From positions 19,036,001-19,100,000 of the forward strand of contig NC_045697.1 of the NCBI RefSeq assembly GCF_009834535.1: DNA of 64,000 bases, given 5' to 3'. The DNA is from Camelus ferus (Eukaryota). The position numbers and the translations under genes were made by a program. Positions 23,241 through 35,665 of the stretch are shown in pieces. Every line of letters starts with the position of its first letter. Position 1 is the stretch's first letter. The notes under the pieces were generated by a model. The model saw only the letters and a list, made by a program, of their open reading frames with translations. It was not told where the DNA came from and searched no databases.

Positions 23241-23956
23241 GGTGCATTGGCTAAAGCAGCCTGCCCTAAGCATAAAACTTCTTAGAAGTCTTAAAGATTC
23301 ACATCAGTTTTCCCTTTTATTCTGAAGAATATCTATTTTAATTTACAAGTAATCAATCCTTCCAAAATCTTTGAGTAAAACTGACCCTCCCAAAAAAGTA
23401 CACTATATTTTTCCTATCGCCCTGCAAGTACTCACAGGATATACATGCCCCATTCTGAGAAGTGGCTTCAGATTAGGGCCTGGCTGTATAGCCTGTCTTT
23501 CCAGGCCCCCAGTACCCTGAACACAGCTCCTTTCCTGGCCTCCTTCTCCCTCCACACTAACACATACACACTATTCCGGCCAGAGTAGTCTGTAGCCTTC
23601 CTACATTTCCAGGCAATGGGCCTATTAAGGAGGTAGTTCTGTGACTAAAAATCAAAATTTTGCCTTTCTCCCAAGTCAAAAAGTTCAAACTCTAACCAGC
23701 TTTTAAATAAAAGTTTTTCTTTTTTTTTTTCCCTCCATTATCCTTAAAAATTACCAACATTTAACATCAACCAGAAGACATGGAGAACCAAATAATGTGA
23801 AACTGGCTGGAGAAGCCAAGAGAGTGGGTGTTTCCAAGAGGGAGGGAGTCAGAACCAGTGAGGGATGTGGCCAGGAAAGCCTGAAGTGTGTGGAGTGACT
23901 CCTCCAGTGGTGAATTGACCCCTCTCTGACAAGAGATATGCAGGGACCACACAATC

Positions 23957-24500
23957 TGTGTCCATCAGGATTCCTCGTGTGCTGTGTGTCAGGAGTCCCA
24001 TTCAAACTCACTAGCGAAAAGTGGGGATTTACTCCCTTCTATAACTAGAATGTTTAAAGGAGGTGAATTGGCTCAGACGTGACATGATGTCATTAAGGAT
24101 ACACCTCTTTGTCTCCGTGTGCCTCTGTGTTGACTTCATTCTCAGACAGGCTCTTTCTAGTGGCAATAAAGGCAGATGCCAGCAGTTCCAGACTCTCTTG
24201 CTTCACAGCACCTGAAATCTCAGAAGGACAGAGTCTGTCTCTTTCCTAATAGTTCTAGCAGGCTCTGGGAAAATTTGATTGGCCCATCTTAGGTCATGTC
24301 ACTTTTCCTGGACCAGTCATGTGGCCCGGTAGATGCAGAGCTCTGAGTAGTTAGGCCAGAGTCATGTGCCTCCATCCTTGAGGTTGGAGGTGAGATCTTG
24401 TTGACTGAGGATGAGGGAGATGTTGTCCTCAAAGGAAAATTGATGTGCTGTTGCCAAAAGGAAGGGGGAATGCATATTAGGTGCAAAAAGAAATACTGAT
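23957..24500 (-). mobile_element. MaLR solo LTR (MLT1K-like)
   Basis: cttcattctcagacaggctct...tgattggcccatcttaggtcatgt...ggaccagtca...caaaggaaaatt..tgctgttgccaaaagg. Confidence 0.8.
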
Positions 24501-25273
24501 CTCTATTCTATACTAATAATGTCAATTTATTTTTGAAGGAAAAACTCCTATTTTAGTCAAGAATTATCATTGATTAGCTATTCATATTTTTCTAGCTTTT
24601 TTGTTACTTCTTTGGAGCTTGAAATTAATTTTTTTAAATAAGAAAATAAGCCAAATGATACTACCAAGATGAAATCAGTAGACAAAACCGAACATTATTG
24701 AAACGGAAATCAACAGAATAATGAAAGGATAAATAAATTCAAAATTGAATTACTTTCAAAGAATAATAAATAGATTTTATGAGCTTTACATTTATAAATA
24801 AAAAAGAAACACACCACATATACAGAAGTGATTAAAAGTCATAAATGGATGTATAATGGAAAAAATGAAGGAAATGTATGATTTTTTGAAACAAAATATA
24901 AAATATCAAAATTAATCATAAAAGAATTAGAAAAGTCAAATGTTAATTACCATAGAGGAAATGGAAAAGGTGACTTTAAAACCACCATTGGTACCGATGG
25001 CATAGTGGTTGAATTTTAACTTTTAAAAATAAATAATTAAATGTTACTTAAATAATTCTAGGCCATGGAAAAATGTTAAAAGTCCTATAATTTGATATTA
25101 AAAGAGAAAATCAACTAATCAACTACACATAAATGCAAAACGTGAAAACAAATCGGCCAACAGACTCCAGCAATGAATCAGAAGAGTAATTTCATGATTG
25201 AGTTTGTACTCCAATAATTCAAGGTTAGTTTAGTATCAGAAAATCTATCAATATAATTAATTCCTACAACATT

Positions 25274-25699
25274 TTCCCAAGTATCTATTAATACTTAACA
25301 AAAGACCTCAAACCTGTGGCTTCAGTAAATAACAATGTATTATTGCTTGTGATTCTGTAGTTTGGCTGGGCTCAGCTGGGCTGTTCTGCCCCACAGGCTG
25401 TTGCTGAGTCACTCAAAATGCTGTGATTGTCTTTGACTGGGAGTTCAGCTGGGGCTAGAACATTCAACATGGCCTCTCATCACTCAGTAGGTTAGCCTAA
25501 TCTTTATTACATCATAGTTCCTGGCTTCTAAGGGTGAGTGTTCCAAGAAGACCAATTCCATTGTGCAAGTGCTTGTTAAGCTCTGACTGCAGCATGCTTG
25601 CTAATATCCAACTGGCTGAAGTCACGTGAAGAACTCCACAGGGGTGGGAATACTGGGAAGTGTGGTTCATCGGCGTCACCCAGGTAACAGTTTACCACA
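25274..25699 (-). mobile_element. MaLR solo LTR (MLT1H-like)
   Basis: gattctgtagtttggctgggctcagctggg...tgcttgctaatatccaactggc...tttaccaca. Possible TSD acatt at 25269-25273 and 25700-25704. Confidence 0.8.
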
Positions 25700-26489
25700 A
25701 CATTGAAAGAGAAAAATCATAGGACCCTACCAATGAGTGCCAAAAACACATTTGATAAAATTTAGCAGCCATTTCTAATAAAAAACTAGGTAAAAGAGGT
25801 GTGGAAACCAAGAGCAAACATTTATATTGAGTTATATGAAATCACCAATGTTCAATTCTTTCAGACCTGTAAAACAACAATTGCATATGGCTCAATTTAA
25901 CATTAACTTAAATGGCAGAGTCCTGAAACTATTTCTATTAAAATCAGGAACTTGAAAGGAAAGCCATAATCATCATTACTATTTAACAATGTCTGGGTTC
26001 TAATAAACGCATTGAGACAAGAGTATTAAATAACTGGTATAAATGTTGGAGGAGTCTAAACAATCTCTAATTGCTGATGATATTGTCATATACTTAGGAA
26101 ACTCAAGACAATTTTATAAAATACTACTAGAATTAATAAAAGAATTGAATGTGTTCTCTCTTCTTTGAGTAAGTACCTGAAAAAACAAAACAGGAAATAA
26201 TGTTTCATTCACAATAAAGTCAAAACTTTTGTAGAAATGAAATGATAAGGAGGACATTTAACTATAACATCAAAGTATCTAAGCCACAATCTTAACAAAT
26301 TGAAGAATATTTCATAGTCTTGGTTGAGAACATAACATAATTAAAAAAAAAAATCCATCCTCCCCAAATTAAAATACAAATCTAACGCGATTACAGTTGG
26401 AATGCCAGCAATGTTGGGAAGGTGAGAGATTGGATAAAATTGTCTTAAAATTTATATAGAAGGATAAATGCCTGAGAATAGCTAAGAGA

Positions 26490-27225
26490 AAACTTTAAAT
26501 AGGTAAAAATTTAAATTAAAATTAAGAGAAAAATTCTACAGTGAAAAAATTTTTCCCATTCTTGTCCCACACCTGCCCAGGTCCATCTCACCCCCACCCA
26601 CCCAGAGTTTCCTTATATACATACAAGTGGATTCAAATACAGAATCTTGTTTTTCCCTATGTTTTACATAAAGAGTTGCATATTACTCATTCTGAACCTT
26701 GTTTTTTGCTAAATCTCCAAGAAATGTGTAGCTTAAAAAGAACGTTTTGATCCTTTGTTATATAGCTGTTTCATGTTTGTTTAACTAGTCCTCTAGTATT
26801 GAAAACTGAGGTTGTTTCTAATACTTTGTAACTACAAACAATGTTGCAGGTATGTGTGTGTGTATGTGTGTGTGTGTGTGTGTGTGTATGCACACATTTT
26901 CTCCTTAATAAAAATATATCTGTAGAATAACTTCCCAAAAGTACAATCTTGCCGGGAATATGCATTTGACATATTGCCAAATTGCCCTACATAGGGGTTA
27001 TGCTCTTACCAGAAATGAATGAGAATGTGTTTGCCCAGAGTCTCATCAACACGGGGTGTTATAAAACATTTGGATTACTGCCAGTTTAAGAGGTGAAAAA
27101 CAGTATCTCAGCATAGTATATTTGCACTTTTTTTTCTTATTAGGAGTGAGACTGAGCATCTTTTAAGAGACATTTGTATTTTCTTTTCAAAAATTTTTCA
27201 TAGTCTGCTCATATTTCCTCTGGGT
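26490..27225 (-). mobile_element. Old LINE-1 3' region (L1ME-like), containing (TG)n at 26851-26890
   Basis: gttgtttcta..ctacaaacaatgttgca, attgccaaattgccct, aggtgaaaaacagtatctca, gagactgagcatctttt. Confidence 0.75.
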
Positions 27226-27323
27226 TGAAGGATAGACAAATGAATCAATGGAACAAAATAGAGAGTCCTGAATGGAACTAACCATATACTTTTAGTTTCA
27301 TTTAAGACAAAAGTGAGCTTTCA

Positions 27324-27533
27324 CCTCTAGACAAGACAAATTTATAGACATTGAAAGCAGACCTGTGGTTGTGTAGGCTAGAGGATGAACAGGCATAAGA
27401 AAAATTTTTGGGGTGATGGAAATGATCTTTAGCCAGATTGTGGTGATGACTGCTAAACTCTATTAACTTACTAAAATCACTTAATGATGGGTGAATTTTG
27501 TGGTGTGTGAATTATATCTCAATAAATGTTTTT
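27324..27533 (+). mobile_element. LINE-1 3' end (L1MB-like)
   Basis: ttggggtgatggaaatg..gattgtggtgatg..gaattatatctcaataaa. TSD aaaagtga..tttca at 27309-27323 and 27534-27548. Confidence 0.85.
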
Positions 27534-28470
27534 AAAAGTGATTTTTCAATCCAGTGGGAAAAATTAGATATTAAATAAGGATGCTAGAACAACTGACTAT
27601 GCAGCCAGAAGAAAATTTAAATGGACCCCTCTTTTACCCCATATGCAAAAATGAATTCTAGGTGGGTTAAAGACCTAAATGTAAAAAATTAAAACAACAA
27701 TAATACTAGAACATCACATGCAAAATCTAGGGTGGGTGATAAGACCTTTTCATTAAGACCAGAAACTCAGAAGCTATAAAAGGACACATAGGTATTTGAG
27801 AAAATGAAAATGAGAAACGTTTGGAAAAGATACCATAAACTAAGTGAACAGATGAAGAGCAGATTGGGGATTTGGGGAGGACTGGCCACTCAAAGATCAG
27901 ACAGAGAGTAAATAGCTAGAATATACAAAAAAAAAAAAGTCTTATAAAACAAATATATAAGGCAGGGGTAAACATCACAACAGAAGGCAGAGAAAACTGA
28001 GAAAGGGATATGAATAGGCAATTCACAAAAAAGCAGTCCCAGGTGGCCAATAAGTATGTGAAAAGAGGCTCAAATCCATGTGAAATCAAGGAGACAAAAT
28101 CACAATAAGACATCAGTTTGCACAGATCAGATGGGAAAATTAGAGTCCGACGACCTTTACTGTTAAAGAAGTGGGGATTTTCATACATGCCTGGTTGGAA
28201 AGCAATACAGCAACATCTGTTACGATTACAAATACATACATCTTTCACTCAGAAATCTCACTCCCAGGAATCTGTCTCTTAGGAACGAAAGCTTCCAAAC
28301 CCGAGGGTGTGTTTACACGGAAGTGGACTGCATTATAAACAGTAGTAAAATCAAACAAACAAAAACCCCAAACCTGGAAACAAAGTGAAGATCATGGGAA
28401 TGGCTGAATAAAGGATAGTTCTGCCACCCCATAAAGTTATATGTGGCCATTAAAAAGAGTAAATTGGAGC

Positions 28471-28591
28471 GGAGAGGGTATAGCTCAGTGGTAGAGCACA
28501 TGTTTAGAAAGCACAAGGTCCTGGGTTCAATCCCCAGTACCTCTATTAAGATAAAAAAATAAACCTAATTACCTCCCCTCCAAAACAAACA
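28471..28591 (+). mobile_element. Camelid tRNA-derived SINE (vic-1-like)
   Basis: A box tagctcagtgg, B box ggttcaatccc, tail aaacctaattacc. 19-bp TSD aaaaagaRtaaattggagc at 28452-28470 and 28592-28610. Confidence 0.95.
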
Positions 28592-28787
28592 AAAAAGAAT
28601 AAATTGGAGCTAAACCAAGTGAATTAAGAGAGATTCCATCAGGTGTTGGAGAAAACAAAAATCAAGATACACAAAAATATAAAAATAATAAAATAATGAT
28701 AAACAACTTAAACATGTATCTGTATAACTGTACATGGATGTTTATAGATGATAGTATGAATATGGAGAAGAAATAATGGGAGGATAA

Positions 28788-29036
28788 TGTCTTAGTCAGC
28801 TCCAGCTGCTATAACAAAATACCTAGATGGGTAACTTAATCAACAGACACTTACTTCTCACAGTCCTACAGTCTGACATCCAAGATCAAGGTGTTGAAAG
28901 ATTCGATTCTTGGTAAGTGTCCTCATCTAATCCTAATTACCTCCCAAAGATTCCACCTCCTACCTAATACCATCACAATCGGAGTTAGGACTTCAACTTG
29001 TGGATTTGGAGGGACATGCACATCCCCTCCGTAACA
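28788..29036 (-). mobile_element. MaLR solo LTR (MLT1A-like), internally deleted
   Basis: tgtcttagtcagct..gctgctataacaaaatacc...ctaattacctcccaaag..taataccatcaca...taaca. Flanks gataa / gatat. Confidence 0.85.
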
Positions 29037-29214
29037 GATATATGTTCTAAATTGTCGATACTGGTTGCCTGGGATACCAACGGTGCATCGGGGGCACTAC
29101 AGAACAACCAAAACAGAAAAGAAAGAAAATGAAGAAAATAAATCATAAGATTTATCTGTTAAAGTAAATTTATCTTTTATCAGCAGATTTCAGTGCACCC
29201 GACCGATAGCTGTT

Positions 29215-29340
29215 GCATGGAAGATTTCCCTGTTTTCAAAATGGAGACATGCAGGCTCAGAGAGGATTACTTCCCGAGCCAGGGCCCCACAGCAAGGCAA
29301 TTACTGAACCATAAATACCACCCAAGCCTCCAGACTTTCC
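29215..29340 (-). mobile_element. MIR fragment
   Basis: ttttcaaaatggagacatgcaggctcagagagg..cacagcaag. Confidence 0.6.
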
Positions 29341-30639
29341 CATGGCTTGAATGGGAACCATTCCCAGATAAATATAACCAAGTTATTAGCATGAAATGGA
29401 TGAAGGCAAACATACAAATGACAAAGGCTGGGCTTCACAGCCTGAGAGTTTAGAACTGGCCCTGTGACTTATCCAGTTACCCAGAATTATCCAGTGCGAC
29501 TTTGCCAGGTGGAGGTGAAGGTGGCTGCCTCTCTGCGCTTCCGAATAAAACAGAACAAATGAGGTTGTGGCTGGAGCCACGTGAACCAGCTCCATTGTCC
29601 CGCTCCCAGTTGTCTCCAGCCCATTTGTGGCAAACAGGGCATTTGGAGGGATTAACAAGGAGTAGGAGTGGGTGAGCAGATGCAACAGATTAGAGAGGAA
29701 ATCTGTTCCTGGGTGGCTCTTGGCAAGCTGGTGGGTTTCTGGCAGAACAGTGGAGAGAGAGGATGCTTGGAGAAAGGAGGAGAGGAAAAGGTCTCTTTTT
29801 CCTTTTTTGATTTTGCAAGTCCTTCTGGACAGAAAATTTTACCGCTTGCATATCTTCAGTAAACTGCCGCTATATTATAAATAAAGGGAAGGAGGGAGGT
29901 GAGTTAGGAAATGGAATTTTCTGGAATTCAGTGGATTCAAATGAATTCAGATGGAATCCAATGGGACCTACTCTTTCAGTGGACTTGTCTCTGAGGGCCC
30001 AGAGATCTAACTCCTTTTTTGAAAATGCATTTTTCTGTGTTATTATAAAGTTTACAACTTGTGATCTCTGACAGCAATCGTGGGCATTTACCCTGGCCTC
30101 TGAGAGTCCGTCTGGGGTGGGACTCTCTCCCGAGTCTTTCACCTGCGGGGAGCTGGCGGACCTCAGCTAAATCAGAGCAACCTCAAAGAGCAGGGAGGCA
30201 ATCTATCCCACTGCCTGGGGCTGGGGCTCCGATCGGCCACAATGACCAGGCAGGACTGAGGCCGGCTTTGGCTGAGCAGCTGCAGAAGAGGTCAGCCCCC
30301 AGGCGTGGGGGCCCCTTGTCCCCTTCCTCGACCACAAACAGCCCCACTTTGCTAGCACCGCACTAGTAAAAGGAGCTCTTAAATAAACGGGAAGTGGCAG
30401 ACACAGTCCAGAGGGCAAGATTTATTTTTATTTAGAAAGGTTGAAGAGGAAAAATTTAAACCTAATTTAAATATTTACTCAGATAGGAGCTCAGCTAAAC
30501 CGCTGAAACTTTCTAACCTTGACTCAGGACGAGAAGCTGAAGATTGCTTTTCCGAAGTCAGCCACAGGCAACAGAGAAACACCCCCGACTGAAAGAAAGA
30601 AAGAGGGTGTGAAGATTCAGGAGATGCATGCAGTCAATT

Positions 30640-30860
30640 TACAGTTTGAGATCGCGTGGTCCACCTCCTCATCCCACAGATGCTTGATTGGACTTGCTGT
30701 GCGACTCCAGGCGAATTACTTAGCTGTTCTCAGCCCTGGTGCTTTCATCTGTTACAGATGGAGGGGAAAGTAGCTGTCTCATAGACCTCTTATGAGATTA
30801 AAAAAGCGAGAATGTAAAGTCTTGGCACACAGGAGGGGCTTAATAAAAGTAAGCTATGAG
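30640..30860 (+). mobile_element. MIR
   Basis: cttgctgtgcgactccaggcgaattactta..tcatctgtta..gagattaaa..tgtaaagt..tggcacacag. Confidence 0.7.
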
Positions 30861-31079
30861 GACTTAACTCCACACGAAGCCTAGGAAAGAAGCTACAGGT
30901 TCCTGGACTCCCTTAGATGAAGATTCAGTGAGTCTGAGAAAAGGCCCAGGGCTCTGTATCTTGAACATGCTCTCCAGGATTTTCTACTGGGCAACCAGGT
31001 TTGGAAACCAGGGTCTCGTGACCTCAGGCAGAAGTGGCCCCAGGCCCCTACAGTGGATGCCAGCAGAATTCTCACCCCG

Positions 31080-31612
31080 TGGTCCTCATGCAGATTTAGC
31101 ATCACGGCTTCAGAGACCCATGGATGCCTAGCAGATGTACTGAACTGAGTACTTCCTCATCTCACTACTCCAGCCCTGCCCCCTCCCTTCCTGCAGCCTC
31201 AGTCACAGTCACTCCGGATGCAAGCTTGTGCTGTCTGTCCCCTCCCCCCCATATCCCAAGACTTGTCACACCGTTTCTTTCCTCCAGACCTCTGTCTCCC
31301 AGCTTCCCCTCTTGCAACACTGTGGACGCCCATGCACAGGCAGAGAGGCCTTGACAAAGACTAAATCAGGCCCCCAGGCCTCCTGCTCCTCCATCTCTCA
31401 CCTCCCCGGGCTGCCTCACACTAGGTTTCAGCCCCAGCCTCCCTCCCTCCCACCTGCACACACGCGAACACTCCAAGCCTGGGCCTGACTCTGGGCCTTG
31501 GTGCTGGCTCTCAGCCGAGCCTGGAACACCTGTGCTCTCCCCCGTCACCCCCAGCCTTCCCGCAGCTGCTGCTCATCCAGGTCTCTGCTTACAGGCTGTC
31601 TCTGCAGAGAGG
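31080..31612 (+). mobile_element. LINE-2 fragment
   Basis: Pyrimidine-rich decayed L2 (gggccttggtgctggct..gcctggaacac..tcatccaggtctctgctta). Confidence 0.55.
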
Positions 31613-31614
31613 TA

Positions 31615-32480
31615 AGCTCTGACTGCCACAGCCAAAGGGACCAACTCTGTGACATTTGGCAGGCTGCTCAGCTTTTCCAGAACTCAGTTTCCTCACCTGC
31701 AAAATGGGGATAATAACAGTAATTCTTAGGGTTGCTAGGAAGATCTTATGAGTTTCAATGTAAAATTTTAAAATTTTTACATTAAAAATGTTTTTCCTGT
31801 TTTATTAAGATATAATTGACATAGAACGTGGTGTTCATTTAAGGTGTACGATATAATGATTTGATACATGTATATATTGCAAAATGTGTACCACAATAGG
31901 TTAACATCCATCACTTCACATAGTCACATTTTTTTTCTTGTGATGAGAGCTTTTACAATGTGCTGTCTTAGCAACTTTCAAGTATACAGTACGGTATTGT
32001 TAACTATAGTCCCCACGCTATACGTTATGTCCCCAGAAATTCTTTATCTTATAACTGGAATTTTGTACCTTTGGACCACCTCCACTCATTTCCTCCACCC
32101 TCTACCCACCATTGCTGGCAACCACCAATCTGTTCTCTGTATTTAAGAATTCAGTTTTTTAGATTCCACATACAAGTAAGATCATACAGTGTTTCTCTTT
32201 CTCTGATTTATTTCACTTAGTGTAATGCCCTCAAGTTCTGTCCATGGCATTGAAAATGGTAAGATTTCCTTCTCTTTCATGGCTCAATAATATATATGTA
32301 ATAAATTATACTTTATGGTTTTATATACTTATATATTATATTATATATAAAATATATTTTATGCCTTAGTAATATATATATCATACATTTTCTCTTTGCA
32401 TCCATCTATGGAAAATGTACATTGTTTAAACAAGTGCCAGGCACTTAGTAAGTGCTCAATAAAAGTAAGGTGTTAGCTCA
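31615..32480 (+). mobile_element. MIR split by L1
   Basis: ctcagtttcctcacctgcaaaatgggataataacagta on the left; agtgccaggcacttagtaagtgctcaataaa on the right. Confidence 0.8.
31775..32412 (-). mobile_element. LINE-1 3' end (L1MA9-like)
   Basis: ttattaagatataattgacata..ttaaggtgtacgatataatgatttgatac..ttagattccacatacaagtaagatcatac. Confidence 0.9.
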
Positions 32481-32604
32481 TATTTGTCTCGTGGAATTAC
32501 AATAATTTACTTCGGCACCTTCCATGGAGTGTGAGATTGCGGGGAGCCTTACTCATCTTACTATTCAGGCCAACTGGCAGGGTGTCTGGCATAAAGAAGA
32601 CACC

Positions 32605-33043
32605 TCTACTGAGATGAATAATGTACCCCAAAATTCATGTCCACACAGAGCCCCCGAATGTGACCTTATTTGGAAATAGAATCTGCAGATGCAGTTAGTC
32701 TAGGTGAGGTCATCCTGGATTAGGGCAAACCTAAATCCAAGGGCTGGTGTCCTTCTAAGAGGCCACATGATGATACGTACGGACACAGACACAGACACAG
32801 AGGGAGGAGAACCATGGGATGGCAGAGGCAGAGACTGGACAGATGTGAGGAATGCCAAAGGGTGTCGGAAAGAGCCAGAAGCCGGCATGAGGCCAGGGTC
32901 ACCCCCCGGAGCCTTCAGAGGGAGCCTGGCCCCACTGGTGCCTGGACTTCAGACTTCTGTCCTCCAGAACTGCGAGGGAAATTTCTGTTGTTGTAAGCTA
33001 CCCAACTGGCTTCTTGCGATGGCAGCCCTAGGAAACTAAAACA
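32605..33043 (+). mobile_element. MaLR solo LTR (MLT1B/C-like)
   Basis: ccccaaaattcatgtccac..gaatgtgaccttatttggaaatag..gacttctgtcctccagaactg..ggcagccctaggaaactaaaaca. Confidence 0.9.
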
Positions 33044-33829
33044 TCAGCCAGAAACTGCCGACTGAGAGAGAGAGGAATTCAAAGTCACCCTGCTCCGAGT
33101 CCCCCATACACTGACTCCCGCGCGGGAGCAAAGGCTTCTCTTCTCTTTTCCCTGTAACATTCCAGGGAGCTCTTCAGGGCGCTGGCAGACAGGGTCCCCT
33201 CGGGAGATACAGCTGGGAGCCAGAGTCCTTCCCACTCTGGACGTAGAAATGGGGAGACCAGGAACCACCCTGCCTCAGCCAAGGTCAGCCCAACGTAAAC
33301 CAAGCCACTATTTGCCATCAAGACAGTGATGTCTGTCCAAGGAAGGAGGAAGGTCTTCCACAACGAAAGTGGCTGAAATCCATCCAATGGTTCCGCATCA
33401 CTGAGCGAGTGCCCCCGAGTGCCAGGTACTGAGTGAGCGTGACTCTGAGCTCCCGCCACCACTGCTCTGCCCTCTCCTGGGAAACCTCTCATTTTCTCTC
33501 CCGAATCTTTGCTATTTATATATACTGAGCTGCCTCATTTTCCCAAGGGGCTCATTTGGCAAAGATAAAAATGGCTTGGCAAAACCAAGACCAAAATACG
33601 TTTCTGATGAGAACCGCCCACCCTTCAATGTGCCACTTGCTGGGGGAGTTTATTCTCTCCCATCCACGGGGCACTTTATCAGTTCACCCAGGACACAAGA
33701 GCACGCAGCCCCCGTGAGTTTCTCTTTCTGAATCTTGGATTCTTGGCCTTTTAAGATCAACCCCTGCATTCTCTAGGCCAGGTCCTAAGTTGAGACCTAT
33801 TTACAGAATATATCAGGGAACAATGGAGA

Positions 33830-34078
33830 CTAATAAAAATAATCACAGTTGTTTCCACTGAGTGTTTACTCTGCACCAGACACCATGAGTTTTATTTAAT
33901 ATTCATTACATTCCCTAAGGACTATTATTAACCCAACGTTGGTGATGGGGAAACTGAGGCATGGGGAGGTTGAATAATTTATCCAAAGTTACACAGTGAA
34001 CAAGGGACAAGTGACAAGCCAGATGGTGATGATGGCAGTCTGGCCCCAGAGCCCAGGCTCCAGCCACTGCTGATAGCA
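33830..34078 (-). mobile_element. MIR
   Basis: ctgagtgtttactctgcaccagacac..gatggggaaactgaggcatggggaggtt..cagtctggccccagagccc. Confidence 0.85.
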
Positions 34079-34144
34079 TGGCTGAAGGACACATCTTTGC
34101 AAGAAGCATTGCATGCTATCATTAAGGACCCAGAAACGATTCCT

Positions 34145-34238
34145 GGAGGGGAGGGTATAGAGCGCATGCTTAGCATGCACGGGGTCCTGGGTTCAATCCC
34201 TAGTACCTCCTCTAAAAATAAATAAACCTAATTACCAA
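34145..34238 (+). mobile_element. Camelid SINE (vic-1-like) with A-box deletion
   Basis: ggggagggtatag|agcgcatgcttagcatgcacggggtcctgggttcaatcc. TSD aaaYgattcct at 34134-34144 and 34239-34249. Confidence 0.92.
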
Positions 34239-34329
34239 AAATGATTCCTCTGAGATCTTACCCTGTGTGTTGTGTTCCTAAAAATAACTAATATCAATTT
34301 TCTGAGCAATAATCCACTGGAAACCTTTA

Positions 34330-34510
34330 TTGAAGCATAGAAGAATGTGGAATTTGGAGTCAGTTAGACATAGATTCCATTCCTGGCTCTGCCTTCACTA
34401 GAAATGTAACCTTGAGCAAGCTACTCAGCCTCTCTGGACCCTGGTTTCTCCATCTGTAAAGTGATGGCATTTACAAGCTGCCTGGCGCATAGGAGGCACT
34501 CAGCATTTTA
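34330..34510 (+). mobile_element. MIR
   Basis: tttggagtcag..tcctggctctgcc..taaccttgagcaagctactcagcctctctg..catctgtaaa. Confidence 0.85.
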
Positions 34511-34582
34511 GTTCTGTCAGTTCCCTCTGCCTAAGTAGATTTTACATGAAATTCCACAGCTAAGGAGATACGATACCCCCAC

Positions 34583-34951
34583 TGTCTTAGCCCATTCTGG
34601 CCGCTAAAAGAGTACATAGACAGAGTGGCTTCCTAACAACAGAAATTTATTTCTCACAGTTCTGGAGGCTGGGAAGTTCCAGATCGAGGTGCGGTAGGTT
34701 GGGTGTCTAGTGAGAGCCTGCTTCCAGGTTCATAGACAGCAATCATCTCACTGTGTCCTCACAGGGTAGAAGGGACAACTCCAGTCTCTTCAGACCCTTA
34801 TAAGGGCACTAATCCGCATCCTAACGGTTCTGCCATCATGACGAAGTAAACTCCCCAAAGCCCCACCTCCTAATATCATCCCCCTGGAGGTTAGGATTTC
34901 AACACATAAATTTGGGCAGGGGGTGGGGATGAAAACTTTCCATCTATAGAA
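34583..34951 (-). mobile_element. MaLR solo LTR (MLT1A-like)
   Basis: tgtcttag..aacaacagaaatttatttctcacagttctggaggctgggaag..ttataagggcactaatcc..gttaggatttcaacac. Confidence 0.9.
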
Positions 34952-35409
34952 CTACCTTTGGGCACATCTAATTTGAGTGAGGTCATTATTGAACTAAGAT
35001 ACTAGAAGCTAAAACAAACCTCCAGGAGTCAAGAAGTTTGGTTACTGATTCCAAGCACTAAACAATTACAAAGATGTTTGGTAAATACTCAGAATGTGGT
35101 CATTGCTGAGCACCAATAGCCTTATTTCCTGGGAAGACAAAGTGTACTGGAGCAAATGCTGGACTTTGAAACAAAAGAGAAAATCTGGACTCCTGGCTCA
35201 ATAGGGAGCATGGACACCTGCTCTGCCCAGTGTGCCCAGTTGAGGCAAAAGGAGCCTTGAGTCAATGTAAAGTGATCGTAACTATAAGGAGCTCACAAAT
35301 ATAAGACGCTGTTGGGTAAAGCCGTGTCTGTCATGACATGGTGAGTTTTCCAGCAGCATAGACACCAGTCTGAGCAGTGTAGGTGACACACCACGTCCTG
35401 GTGGGAGGC

Positions 35410-35665
35410 ACGTGTGCTAAATGTTCTTCTTTTGCCCAGAACTCTGGCTGTGCCCGCCACTCTTCTCCCAGCTCTGTGCCCCCAGAAAACTTTTTTATTG
35501 CATCACTGGGGTTTCCTTGTGCCCTGGCTGGGGGACTGAGAAAGAGAGAGGACACAGGGCTTCTGCCTTCAGCTTCCTGTCTAGCTGTTCCTGGGCAGGG
35601 CTGCAGTTTTCTACCTAAGACCACACTCCTCTTGGGCAACCACTTACCCTGCTCTCCCAGTCTCC
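35410..35665. mobile_element. ERVL LTR fragment (LTR33-like)
   Basis: ctctgtgccccca..tgcatcactggg..ccttgtgccctggc..ggctgcagttttctacctaagaccacactcct. Confidence 0.45.

Larger units (their letters stand above)
24620..28780 (+). mobile_element. Very old LINE-1 (L1ME-like) ORF2 to 3' UTR, hosting four nested insertions
   Basis: A-rich ORF2 relics (catttgataaaatt, aaatcaggaac, ttgctgatgat, tcaatggaacaaaatagagagtcc, aggcaattcaca) in collinear order across the inserts. Confidence 0.75.

Noticed and set aside
28471..28545. tRNA gene (also at 14.3, 34.1, 46.5, 54.9 and 58.4 kb)
   Set aside because: A/B boxes are followed by a shared SINE body, A-rich tail and flanking TSD-like repeats, so these are tRNA-derived SINEs.
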